20,687 nt of DNA from Vicugna vicugna. Taxonomy: Eukaryota. Below are positions 10,055 through 20,320 of the stretch, piece by piece. The stretch covers positions 8,925,490 through 8,946,176 of the forward strand of contig MU058844.1 in assembly GCA_013265495.1 (NCBI GenBank), written 5' to 3'. Below the pieces are notes generated by a model, which was not told where the DNA came from, did no database searches, and was given only the letters and a program-made list of their open reading frames with translations. Position 1 is the stretch's first letter. Each line of letters begins with the position of its first letter. Both the position numbers and the translations under genes were made by a program.

Positions 10055-10415
10055 TGAGGCAAAAAAATATCTTGAAGCAAAGCCTGAAATATTAACCTAC
10101 AATGTTAGTTAATTAAGTGAACCAATGAGTAAGGATATGACATCAGGACCTAGTTGGCTTTCTTCCAGAAATGCAAGATTATTTTTACTTTTACAGTTAA
10201 GTGAATGTAATTCTCCATGTTAATAGGGAAAAAATTCGTATGATTATCTACATAGATGCAGACAAAATACAGATAAAATTCAGCATTTGTTTATAATGAT
10301 ATTTTATATCATATAATAATAATATAATTATTTAATATCATAACATATTAATAATATAATGAATATTTTTAATGGTAAAATGTCAACATTCTAGGAATAA
10401 AAGTGAACTTCCTTA
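10055..10415 (+). mobile_element. Ancient L1M ORF2 relic, continuation into the RT domain
   Basis: catcaggacctagttggctttcttccagaaatgcaag ([15 protein letters not shown]); atgattatctacatagatgcagacaaa (MIISIDAEK-like); ctaggaataaaagtgaacttcc. Confidence 0.82.
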
Positions 10416-10434
10416 TTAATTAGTCAATGTCATT

Positions 10435-10478
10435 ATTTTATTCAAATATTCATTGAGCAACTAATATTTGCCAGGAGC
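10435..10478 (-). mobile_element. L2 3' terminal fragment
   Basis: ttattcaaatattcattgagcaactaatatttgccagg resembles the antisense L2 tail. Confidence 0.4.
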
Positions 10479-11120
10479 TCAACTATTTTCCCTGTTCACT
10501 CACACTCACGAGGATGTCTTCCTTTAAAATACTGGCAGGTCTCCATGCACATTCACTGTACAGAGAAGATTACTCTTCACTTATCAAAGTACTTACACAT
10601 CAAAAGTACACACAAAGTACTCTACGCTTATCATAATGTACAGCTGGATTTATTTCTATTTTTTCCTAAAAAAAATCTAATAAATTTTTTTCTCCTACCC
10701 TTGTTTTTATTTCCTTCCTTTTTATTTAACCAAACATAGAAACTCTTTCAGATGTTTCTGTATTTAACAGCTGTAGATGTGTCTAACTTTCAAAATTCAT
10801 TTAATATAATTACTTCCTTTTAATGGCTAGATCACATACACTAACTTCTCAACTAACCATACTAAATTAATGAAATAAAAAATCATCAAGGAAATGTAAC
10901 TTTCACCCTAACTTGATTTTGTAAAAGTGGAAAGAAGAATAGATTATTAAAATTAAATTATGTAATATATATTTCCCAGATAATTAAGAATATGAAAAAA
11001 ATTTCAAACATGAATGTATTTATGCGTATTTAAAGTTGTTTTGGGAAAATATAAAAAATAGTGTTACACTCATTATATAGAAAGATAAACCAGCACCAGA
11101 ATGAAGATTTAAAAAGTAAT

Positions 11121-11432
11121 CATCTTTTTGTTCATCAATGATACTGGCCTATAGTTTTCTTTTTTAGCTGTGTCTTTGTCTGTCTTTGATATCAGGGTGA
11201 TGGTGGCTTCAAAGAATGAGTTTGGGAGTATTCCCTCCTCTTCAATCTTTTGGAAGAGTTTGAGAAGGATCAATATGAGCTCTTCTTGGTATGTTTGATA
11301 GAATTCCCCAGTGAAGCTATATGATCCTGGACTTCTGTTTGCAGGGATTTTTTTTATTACTGATTCTATTTCACTTCTAGTGACTGGTCGATTCAAATGA
11401 TCTGTTTTTTCTTGATTCAATTTTGGTGGACT
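11121..11432 (-). mobile_element. L1 ORF2 internal fragment (inverted 5' segment)
   Basis: [36 protein letters not shown]...GEFYQTY...[15 protein letters not shown]...[11 protein letters not shown] is L1 ORF2 sequence just upstream of and entering the RT domain. Confidence 0.95.
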
Positions 11433-11825
11433 AGAGATTGTTATTCTAAGTGAAATAAGCCAGAAAGAGAAATAAAAATACCATATGATACCACTTGTAT
11501 GTTAATCTTAAAAACAAACAAAAAAACAGACAGACAAACTTATTTGCAAAACAGAAACAGACTCTCAGACATAGAGAACAAATTTATGGTTACTGGGGAG
11601 GTGGTTGGGATGGGATAAATTGGGAGTTAGAGATTTGCAGATACTATCTGATATATATAGAATAGACAAACAACAAGTTCCCTCTGCTATATCTTGTAGT
11701 AACTTAAGGTGAAAAAGAATATGAAAACGAATATATGTGTGTTCATGTATGACTTAAGCATTGTGCTGTACATGAGAAAATGACATTATAAACTGACTAT
11801 ACTTCAATAAAAATATATATTTTTT
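11427..11825 (+). mobile_element. L1 3' end (ORF2 C-terminus plus 3' UTR), sense segment
   Basis: ctagagattgttattctaagtgaaataagccagaaagag ([13 protein letters not shown]), G-rich tract at 11595-11623, aactgactatacttcAATAAA (11806-11811). Confidence 0.93.
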
Positions 11826-11839
11826 AAAAAGGAACTACT

Positions 11840-11950
11840 AAGAATGAAAGGCAAGTTCAAGGAAACTATACTTGAGGAAGTGACTTTAAAAAGATCAGCT
11901 ACCTGAAGAGTAGATGATGAATGATCTAGGCAGATATAGTAAGACGAGGA
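11840..11950 (-). mobile_element. L2 fragment left of the MLT1 LTR
   Basis: tcaaggaaactatacttgaggaagtgacttt...cctgaag resembles antisense L2 and is colinear with the piece right of the LTR. Confidence 0.45.
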
Positions 11951-11951
11951 G

Positions 11952-12404
11952 TGTAGTTGGTTAAATAGTGTCCCCCCAGAATTCATATTTACCCAGAACC
12001 TTTGAATGTGACCTTATTTAGAAATACAATCTTTGTAGATATAATTAGTTTGGGATCTTGAGAGGAAGTCATCCCAGATTTAAGATGGACTCTAAATCCA
12101 ATGACTAGTGTCCTTATAAGAAGAGGAGAACACATAGACACATAAAGGAGAATGTCATGTAAAAATGGAAACAGGGATTGGAATCATGCAACTATATATC
12201 AAAGAATGCAAAGAATTGCTAACAATCACTAGAGGCTAGGAGAGAGGCATGGAATGGACTCTCCATCAGAGTTTCCAGAAAGAATCAAACCTGCCCAACT
12301 TGATTTCAGACTTCTGGCACCTAGAACTATAAGTGAATATATTTCTGGTTTAAAGCTACCAAGTTTTTGGTAATTTATTATAGTACCCTTAGGAAACTAA
12401 GATA
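11952..12404 (+). mobile_element. MLT1C-like (ERVL-MaLR) solo LTR
   Basis: tgtagttggttaaatagtgtccccccagaattcat...aatgtgaccttattt...taaatccaatgactagtgtccttataagaagagg...ttgatttcagacttctggc...ggtaatttattatag...aggaaactaagata. No clear TSD. Confidence 0.92.
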
Positions 12405-13030
12405 GAGATCAAATGACATAAAAGTGGCCAAAGTTTAGTGAGCTGAAGGCAAAGTAAATTTGCTTGGATTATTAAATTAATAATATGCTGGATGCTGTTA
12501 AAAATTGAGTAGAATAGGACAAGAATTGAAGAGGTAGACTACCATAAGAGTCTAGGTAAGAGATGGTGGGAGTTTGGCATAGAGTGGTGGCAACAGATAA
12601 GAAAAGCAGGTTGAGATATATTTTAAAATTAGAATTGATGACTTACTTATGTATTGGAAGTGCATGTTGAGGACGATTGAAAATGCCTTTCCAAGTTTTG
12701 AGCTGAGTTACTGGATGATGTTCATGACATTTACCAAAACAGAGAACACAAGGAAGAGAAAAATTTGGGAGCGAGGAATGAGAATGTTATTTAGTTTGAC
12801 ATATGTGAGTTCTTTACATGGATTGAGATTTATATTTCAGGGACTCCAGTATGTAAATAATATTTAAGGGGATGGGAATAGTTAAGGTCATCTAGGGAGA
12901 GAGTTAGAAAAAGTCCAAGCCAGCACTGAAGCGAATTAGAGGTAAATAAGCGATACAGGACACTAAATAAGGAGCTTCCTGTTGGAAAGTTTATGAATGT
13001 TATGTTATAGAGGGAAACAGAGGTAAATGG
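12405..13030 (-). mobile_element. Ancient L2 LINE fragment
   Basis: gtctaggtaagagatggtgggagtttggcatagagtggtggca...ttgagatatatttt...ccaagttttgagctgagttactggatg...tttagtttgacatatgtgagt matches antisense L2. Confidence 0.75.
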
Positions 13031-13084
13031 GGAACCAAGTTCTATTGCCTCACTGTAGTAGTGGCTGTAACAGACTTACTTGTA

Positions 13085-13108
13085 TGTAAACAAAGGACTC
13101 ATGAGTCA
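13085..13108. promoter_or_regulatory. Candidate enhancer motif cluster (forkhead, SOX/TCF-like, AP-1)
   Basis: TGTAAACA (13085-13092), AACAAAG (13089-13095) and TGAGTCA (13102-13108) within 24 bp. Motif matches only. Confidence 0.3.
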
Positions 13109-13554
13109 AATGATTTGAAGTTCAAGATCGTTTGCCTATCATCTTGAGAAAAGTTTTTCTCAGCAATACATTCAGAGTAAGTCTGGCATTTGTATGATTT
13201 TAGTCTTTATGCTACTGTTTTATTTTGTTTGTTTACTATTTAAGATGGAATAAGGAATTCTGAAACAAATTGCCAATGACTTTTTTTGTAAACACACTAA
13301 CCTAGTTCACGTTGCTTTTGATAGCTTTGATGAGCAATAAACCTCAGTAGCATTCTGTTATTAATTTCACAGCTAGATCAAATAGTATAACTAAAAAAAC
13401 GCTTCTATGTAAAATTCAAGTAGAGGAAAAGGAGGTTATAACCTATAGCCAATCCAAAGTTTGATTCATCTATATGGTAGAACTGGTCTTTCACAGTCTA
13501 TTTTTATACTCTTAGAACTATAGAACTCAAATTGACCTGACAAACTGTATGGCT

Positions 13555-13655
13555 GTATACTTTACAAAGAAGGTAATCAAGATTCAGAAAGGCAAATAAT
13601 CTGCTTGTGGTCATATCTTGTTGGTGGCAGAAGTGAAAGTAAGATCACTGGTTTT
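13555..13655 (-). mobile_element. MIR SINE fragment
   Basis: tttacaaagaaggtaatcaagattcagaaaggcaaataatctgcttgtggtcata...gtggcaga matches the antisense MIR core. Confidence 0.65.
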
Positions 13656-13814
13656 CTTTTGTCTGGTCAAAACTGTAACTGTGGTAACTCCTCTTTGGAA
13701 TTAATCACAAGGGGATGCTATCTTCAGAAGGCAATAATAGTTTCACTGAGGGAATGAACAAAAGACAGTATTTATTAAGTACTGTGATTATATGAGATAG
13801 AAATAAAGTCTTAA

Positions 13815-13952
13815 GAAATGATCCTAGGGTTTAATCCCAATTTTATCACTTTAATAAGTGCTTTGATTTTAGACAAGCTACTTATTCTCACAGAGCATCA
13901 GTTTCCTCATCTATAAAATTAAACCTGCATTTCACTATTATGTGAGGATTTA
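13815..13952 (+). mobile_element. MIR SINE fragment
   Basis: cctagggtttaatccc...acaagctactta...catcagtttcctcatctataaaat...tgtgaggattta matches the MIR core. Confidence 0.85.
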
Positions 13953-14239
13953 GGATAATCCTTTAGTAACTATAATTAAGATTCTGAGCGTCTTGTAGCC
14001 ATCAGTCCTAACATCATTAAAGTAAGACAATTTTGAATCATCACCTTGGAAGCTTGCCTTGAGAAGAAGAATCAAGTAGAGGGAAGTAAGAGAAAATAAT
14101 GAGAAAAGAGAGAAAAGAAAATAGCATTTTAAAGTTCTAGTCATACAACATTGATACATTGACTATCTTTTTGACGTGTTTTGAAAAAATGTTTTAAATT
14201 TTCCCTACAACAGGAATAAATCTCAACCACCTATCTTAA

Positions 14240-14790
14240 CAAATTACTTTTTTCCCAACTCTCTTGGTTTTCACCTGTATTATTGTTCTCCTGTCTCTCC
14301 TAGCTCCTTTAACCTTTAACCTTAGGGACCTTTAACCTTCAGATATTCTTCCTTCCTCCAGCAAGCTCTTCCTTTCCACTGACTCCCTTTCTATATTTCA
14401 ATTAGCTTTTGCGCTTAACACCCTTTTTTTCAAGATGATATCTTTTCTATGTTGGCTCTCTAACTCCTCTGCACAACTAGAGTAATTAAACTAGTACTTA
14501 ATGCCTCCTACTACAGTTTCTTAGCACATTCTCTCCTTCATTTTCTGTGAAATTATTTCTACTCCCCAACTATAACAAAATGTTTGAAAATTATATTTGG
14601 AACTGTAATAATTGACTCCAGTGACCTAATTTCATTCTCCATTTTCCTTGCTCGCTCTTTTGCACTTGATACTGCTCAGTCCTTGCCGCAAAAGACTCCT
14701 TTCTCCCACTGTATCCAAGTGAGCATGTCCTAAAATTCAGTCCTTGGTCACATGCTTCTCTCTGTACACACATCTTTACAGTGGTCAAGA
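14240..14790 (+). mobile_element. Probable very old L2 fragment(s)
   Basis: Pyrimidine-rich tract with L2-like segments such as ccagtgacctaa...gcacttgatactgct and cagtccttggtc...cttctctctgtacac. Confidence 0.4.
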
Positions 14791-14969
14791 ACTAGAGTAG
14801 CTTACCCGACATGTAGCTAAATCAAAAATCTCTGGCTCCAGGCCTAAAGTCACTTTTGATCACTAATCTTCCTCTTGAAGTTAAAGAGAAATACTTGTTT
14901 AAGGAATATTGAAGAGTTTTCTTAACTTATGCCCTATCCTTCCCCTTACTAATCATTCCTGATTACCAA

Positions 14970-15430
14970 ATCTAGTAGCTTTCTCTGTAGATGATCATAG
15001 TGTGTGAAAATAAAGACACACTTTATATGGTTCGGACTTCCCAAACAATGCTGAAAGGAAACGATGAGCCGGACGTCCTTATCTTGTTCCTGGTGCTAGG
15101 GGGAGAAAAGTCATTATTCTATTAGGAAGGATGTTAGTTATATGATTTTCTTCTTTTTTATCTTACTTTAATAAAGTTTCCCTTTCAAATTGAGGAAGAT
15201 CTTTTTTTATTTCTAGTTGTCTAAGATTTATTGTCATGAATTAATTTGAATTTTATTAAATTATTTTTGACTTTCTATTGATTGAGAAAATTATGTGATT
15301 TTTTTCTAGTGAATTATATAAATTGATTTTAATTGTTGAATAAACTTATTTTTGTACTAACATACTGGGTCATGAGGTATTATACTTTTTATACAATCTT
15401 GGATAAATATATTTTCATTAGTTATAGGAT
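14970..15430 (-). mobile_element. Ancient L1M ORF2 RT-region relic
   Basis: tgtagatgatcatagtgtgtgaaaataaagaca, ggacttcccaaacaatgctgaa, tccttatcttgttcctg and aaattgaggaag match antisense L1 RT sequence. Confidence 0.8.
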
Positions 15431-17450
15431 TCTAGATTTAAATTTCCCCTCTGTCATTAAAGGTGTTGCTCCATTGTCTCCTAAGTTAAATATTTTCTGA
15501 CAGGAATTCTCCTTTAATATTTAATCACAGTTGCTCTGTATATAATGTATTTTTCTTTCTAAGTGTGCCTTCAAGAGTTTTTCCTCATCTTTGGTTTTTA
15601 GTTTTACTATGATTTACCTATTCATGTATTCCCTCTTATTTCTTTCTTGAAGTTCTCTGAACTTCTTGAATATGTAATTTTCCCCCATTTATTTTTGGAA
15701 AATTTACATATATTTTAGACTACTTGATAATGTCTTAACAGCTTTAGGATGTTCTGTTGTTTGTTTTTCCATCCTTTTTTCTCTCCATGTTTCAGTGTGT
15801 ATAACTTCCGTTTACCTATCTTCAAGTTCTCTGGTTTGCTGCTGTCCAGTCAGCAACCAAGCCCATCAAAGGAATTTTTAATCTTTCATATCATGTCTCT
15901 TATTTCCAGTAATTCCCATTGGATTGTTTTAGTCATAGTTTCCATTTTTATGCTGAAATTTCCTATTTGTTTTTACTTGTGCTCCACTATTTTTTTTACT
16001 GGGTATTTTAATATACCAATCATAATTATCTTAAAGTTTTTGCCTGAATGTTCCAGCATTTGAACAACTTGCATTTCTCTGTGTCTGGCTCTATGGTACT
16101 TTTTTTTTTCTTTTTGCATGTTTTGTGGTTACTGATTGAATATCAAAAATATGTAAAAAAAAAGGAAGAAACTGACATAAATTATATTTATATCCATAAA
16201 TGGTCACGTCTCTTTATCAGGCCATTAATTTGGGGGTTAAGTCAGTAGTTAGCACTTGAGCTTGATTTGGGCTTTAGTGATACTTTCAGTGCAACACAGG
16301 CTCAAAATGCCTCTATTTTTGAGCTTCACCTATGGTGTATTTCAGATAAGTCTTGGAATGCCAGAAGGATTGTCTAAATGTTCCCGTTCCATTCTCAACT
16401 TTCAGAAGACTCTGCATGCCTGTGCTACCAAAGAGGTGGGGGAAGTCTCTCTTTGCATTCTTGTGCTGTCCCGGGCAATAGACTACGGTGGCTCATTCTT
16501 GGAAGAGCCAGGGGAGGAATGACTGGGATTTCATAGTTCTACTCCTCCAGCCTCAGTGTTAAGCCTCAGGACCAGGTCTTTCTCCACTTTCCTGCTCCTT
16601 CCCAAGTCGGCCTAGAATTCTCTACTCTTCCTCCAGGGCAGCTGACCTCTGTCCTGAATCAGTATTTCCATGAGCTAGTCTCCTGCCCTTCCCTCATGGC
16701 AGAAAATCTTTTTTTGTATCATTTCAGTGTCCTGGGTTCAGGTAGTTTTCTTGCTCTTCTCCCAGTGGCAGATGGCTTTTTCCCTTACGGGCCATGATGG
16801 TTAGAGGAGGTGGATTTCTGTTCCACTCACTCTGGCAGCTGACCTTGGCCTGGGAGCAAGACGTGAGAGGATTCCCTGTTTTCTCCCTAGTGGCAGCCAA
16901 CTTCTGCCTGGGACTTAAGCAGGATTTCCTTCCTCTCTTGCAGGCAGATGACTTTTCTTATCAAAGCAGGACAAGATGTTAGATACTACGAGGGTTCTTG
17001 CTCCTTCCTTAGTGGCAAACATATTTTTCCCTGTTCATGCCTCTCCTCACGCAGCAGCTGAGGCCATCTTATAAAAGAGCCGGTGATGGAGCAGGTGCAG
17101 GCTCCCCTTGGTGTGGGGCTCCCAGAATTCTGTTCTCCTGTGATAGCCCACACTAAACTTTTAAGAATGTGTTAAAATGTGAGTTTGTTTTTTCTCACCT
17201 ACTTTTATGACTGCTTTCTCTTGTTTCTCATGTTCTACCAATAATTAAACAGTTTACATATCCTGTCTTTCCTCAGAGGGGCTTGTCAACTTTGGGGATT
17301 TGGTTCATCTGAATTCGTTGCATTCTGATTGTTCTCTGATTGTTAAAGAAAAACATTAGGTGTTTTTTAGATCACTTTTTTTTTTCCTGACCATTAGCAT
17401 GGGAGCAGTGTTCTCTTAACACTTTGTATTGTCCTAAGTAGAAATAGAAC
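15431..17450 (-). mobile_element. Ancient L1M ORF1 and 5' UTR relic
   Basis: ttgctccattgtctcct, ttcctcatctttggtttttagttttactatgat, ttacctatcttcaagttc and aagcccatcaaaggaattttt match antisense old L1 ORF1. It is followed by GC-richer, internally repetitive 5' UTR-like sequence at ~16200-17450. Confidence 0.7.
16588..17035. repeat. Degenerate tandem array, 7-8 units, 51-71 bp period
   Basis: Approximate core ttYctgctYYtccYYagtGGCAG; the GGCA anchor falls at 16637, 16698, 16767, 16834, 16892, 16943 and 17014. Confidence 0.75.
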
Positions 17451-17710
17451 TCGTCAACCAATTTATTTTCATCCAGTATTGGAATTTATTATTCTTCCTT
17501 TTGTTGGTTACTAGATAAACCCTCTGGCTTGTATGATGAGCAATATGAACAAATAATATAACATTTTGAACACTATCATGGTAGTAACATTCTAACAGGT
17601 TTGAGGGAATTAAGGGGACTGAAGAAATTGCAAATTCACACTTCCTACCTTCTAATCAAGAAATGAGATTTTTGAAAGAAATGGTGGATAAAATCATTAT
17701 CATTTTCCAA

Positions 17711-17802
17711 GTTCTTTTCTTTCTTTCCTTCTTCCTTTCTTTTTCTGTCTGTTTCTCTCAACCTGTCTTTCTCTCTCTTTTTGTTTTCCTCCTTCCTTCC
17801 CC
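17711..17802. repeat. CT-rich low-complexity tract
   Basis: ttcttttctttctttccttcttcctttctttttctgtctgtttctctc...cctccttccttcccc. Confidence 0.75.
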
Positions 17803-18401
17803 AGTAGCTGAATTCTAGTTAATTAAAAGTGCTTAATACCTGACTCCTTTTTACTTAGCTTGATATGAAAGATTTTCTAGATAGTGTTTCCAAGCTTTAT
17901 TCTAGCTTCCCTTTATTTCCAGAGAAGAACTTATATTCCAGACAAGCTTATGTTCTTATCCTCTCTTCTGTGTTTTTACTTATGAATAGAATGCATTTTC
18001 CAATTCATATCTTAACACTTAATTTTTAATCTCTAAATTTTGGTAACTAAATTGTTACCACAACTTATTTGTACATTTTTAAAATGAAAATCCAACTTTA
18101 ATCCAATAAGTGGAATGAAGTGATCAATAAAAATAATTTTTAAGTAACAAATACATTTTCATTGCTCATCTTATCATTTACAGTTTGCTGAAGTCTGTAT
18201 CATGTCTTTGAACACTATGCAAATATAAAACAAAACTGCTTCCTGTTGGAATTTTTAAGTAAAGAGCACCACCTTGTGGGAATATATGCTTATATGTAAT
18301 GGAAGACAGGAATATTAAAGGGATAATAATTCTTTTAAAAATACAGTACTTGTAATTTATAGTATACTAATTTTTTTTCACATTTCTCAAGTAGCTTTAT
18401 T

Positions 18402-18531
18402 ATTATTTTTTTAATTGAAGTATATAGTCAGTTATAATGTGTCAATCTCTGGGCTACAGCATAGTGTTCCAGACATACATATGTTCATTTTTATATTCTT
18501 TTTCATTAAAGGTTATTTCAAGATACTAATA
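18402..18531 (-). mobile_element. Short 5'-truncated L1 3' UTR tail (~130 bp)
   Basis: ttttaattgaagtatatagtcagttataatgtgtcaa...gttcatttttatattctttttca is the reverse complement of the tail type seen at 11700-11811. Possible TSD ctttatt (18395) / cttcatt (18532). Confidence 0.85.
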
Positions 18532-19884
18532 CTTCATTAACCTGCACTAGAGAATAGATTGTTTAACAAAATGTTATCATAATAAAACATTGCATAACAT
18601 ATAATATACAACTGTCTACTTAAAAATAATGAGCATTTTTCTAGAATCTTTCTGTGGTGCATTATCCTAATTTTTTTTTAACATTAGGTCATTAATACAT
18701 CTAGGATTTCTTGGAACTTGACTTCAAAAACCTTAGCATTTTTATGGATTACAGTGTTTCTGGTTCTTTTAAATGTTCCACATTTGACATTATTTCATCC
18801 CAACTAATTTTCAAAGATTCGACTAAAATTTGGTGATGATACTCTTACAGTGGGGAGCCCAAAGCTATAAAGTAGCCCTCCTCCCAAATATTAAAAAAAA
18901 CTACAGGTTTCATCATCTTGCAAAATCAAATACTGTGCTTATGCTTTGGGATTCCAAACTACCTTACTACTTTTTGATAACACGTTATATCACTCTTCTA
19001 TGTTGAAAATGCAGAAGAATAAAATCTATTCTGTTTTTTTTTAATGGTTTATTCTTTAAACATGGATTTTCTTAAGCCAGGTTTTCCCTACCCTTTCTAA
19101 CATATTTGAGTTGGGCAATTATTTTTAATAAAGTTAAGCAACCTGGCTTTCATTCTTCCAGTTTGTTAGAATTTTATGTATCATAATTCTGTTCTTTGTT
19201 TCTTATTTATCTAACTTTGAGTGATAAATATAATTTGTGAATGTACCTCTGTGTTTTGATACTCAATAACAGCAAACTATAAGGGGTCAGTTACAAGAAC
19301 TTGAGTCTTATTTCTGGTGACCTATATTCAGGTGATTTCCCATCCAGTTACTGATTCTGATAAGAAACCATCTGCACCATCACATTATCCAGCCTGCATA
19401 TCCTTATTTTTTTCTCCAAGAGCCTCAATTCAGATAATTATACCACCAGGAGTTTTGGGCTATAGCAATATTTATCTCTCAATTCTTATAACCAATTGTA
19501 ATTCACATAAATACTTTACTTGTAGTTATTTTCATTTGTAATTTATTACATATAATAAAAATATGACTCTGAGGAACTAGTAGTGGCAGATTTATTGGAC
19601 TTCGCATGATTTCAGACGTTATTATACAGGGTAATTCTTAGTAGCTTTAGGACAGGAGTCTGTAAAGGTATTTAGTGGTTGAGAGGTCTTGGATGTTTTT
19701 CTTTCAGTTCTTATACGGTATATTTGTTAGAAACCCATCCTTCAGAGAGATGATGTGTGACAATAAATTATTTTGAATAAATTCAAATTATAATTCCTTT
19801 GCTTTTTTAACCAATATGAATAGAGCATTGAATGATAGTATATTTTAGAATGACATTTCGAATAACTTACATATGTATGTTACA

Positions 19885-19975
19885 ATAAATGAATGAATGT
19901 ATATATATAAAGCTCTCTATAAAGTATAGTGGCTGGCATTTAGAAGGAGCTGAATATGCTTGCAGTTTTTATTAA
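19885..19975 (+). mobile_element. MIR 3' fragment
   Basis: aaatgaatgaatgtatat...aaagctct...atagtggctggcatttagaaggagctgaata. Confidence 0.55.
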
Positions 19976-20044
19976 CATTAACATTATCAGATCCCCAAGA
20001 AAATCTTGTAGCATACAGAAGGATCAGAGGGCTATAAGTATTGA

Positions 20045-20140
20045 ACATATGTAAAAACTAAGGCCAGAGAAATAAATGACTATATAAATTCCTATATAAT
20101 TCTGTACAGAAATTGTTCTATAACTAGAGCTAATCTTCTA
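20045..20140 (-). mobile_element. Possible MIR core fragment
   Basis: atatgtaaaaactaaggccagagaaataaatgact resembles the antisense MIR core. Confidence 0.4.
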
Positions 20141-20209
20141 TCTTTCTACCTTTTTTGTTGTATCTCTTTAACTCAACTATACAAGCAATTTTCATGTTAG
20201 TCTTACTAT

Positions 20210-20253
20210 AACAACAACAACAACAAAATATATATATATGTATATATATATAT
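20210..20253. repeat. Compound microsatellite (AAC)5 plus interrupted (TA)n
   Basis: aacaacaacaacaacaaaatatatatatatgtatatatatatat. Confidence 0.85.
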
Positions 20254-20320
20254 GATCTCCAATTTTTGAAGTTGCATGGCTAGGGCAATAGCAGTAATGT
20301 CCTATCAGAAGGTAAAATGT

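Noticed and set aside
9721..10095. Overlapping ORFs with YVYVH/HTH repeats
   Set aside because: Artefacts of the microsatellite inside the MLT1 LTR.
10290..10372. AT-rich hairpin atgatat-ttt-atatcat
   Set aside because: Low-complexity AT expansion in which palindromes are expected.
10585..10622. Triple aaagtac repeat
   Set aside because: Short and irregular; consistent with slippage.
13059..13259. Coding exon on either strand using the GTAAGT donors
   Set aside because: Every frame I translated contains a stop.
13555..13952. Inverted MIR pair as a dsRNA hairpin
   Set aside because: The copies are too diverged to pair stably, and inverted MIRs are common.
15032..15078. Four CpGs and the ggacgtcc palindrome as a CpG island
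   Set aside because: Far too short and lies inside an old L1 relic.
15749..16982. Hydrophobic ORFs that look like membrane peptides
   Set aside because: The T-rich antisense strand of an old L1 yields F/L/I-rich translations.
16588..17035. CRISPR-like repeat-spacer array
   Set aside because: Repeats are highly degenerate and irregularly spaced, the context is mammalian L1, and no cas genes are present.
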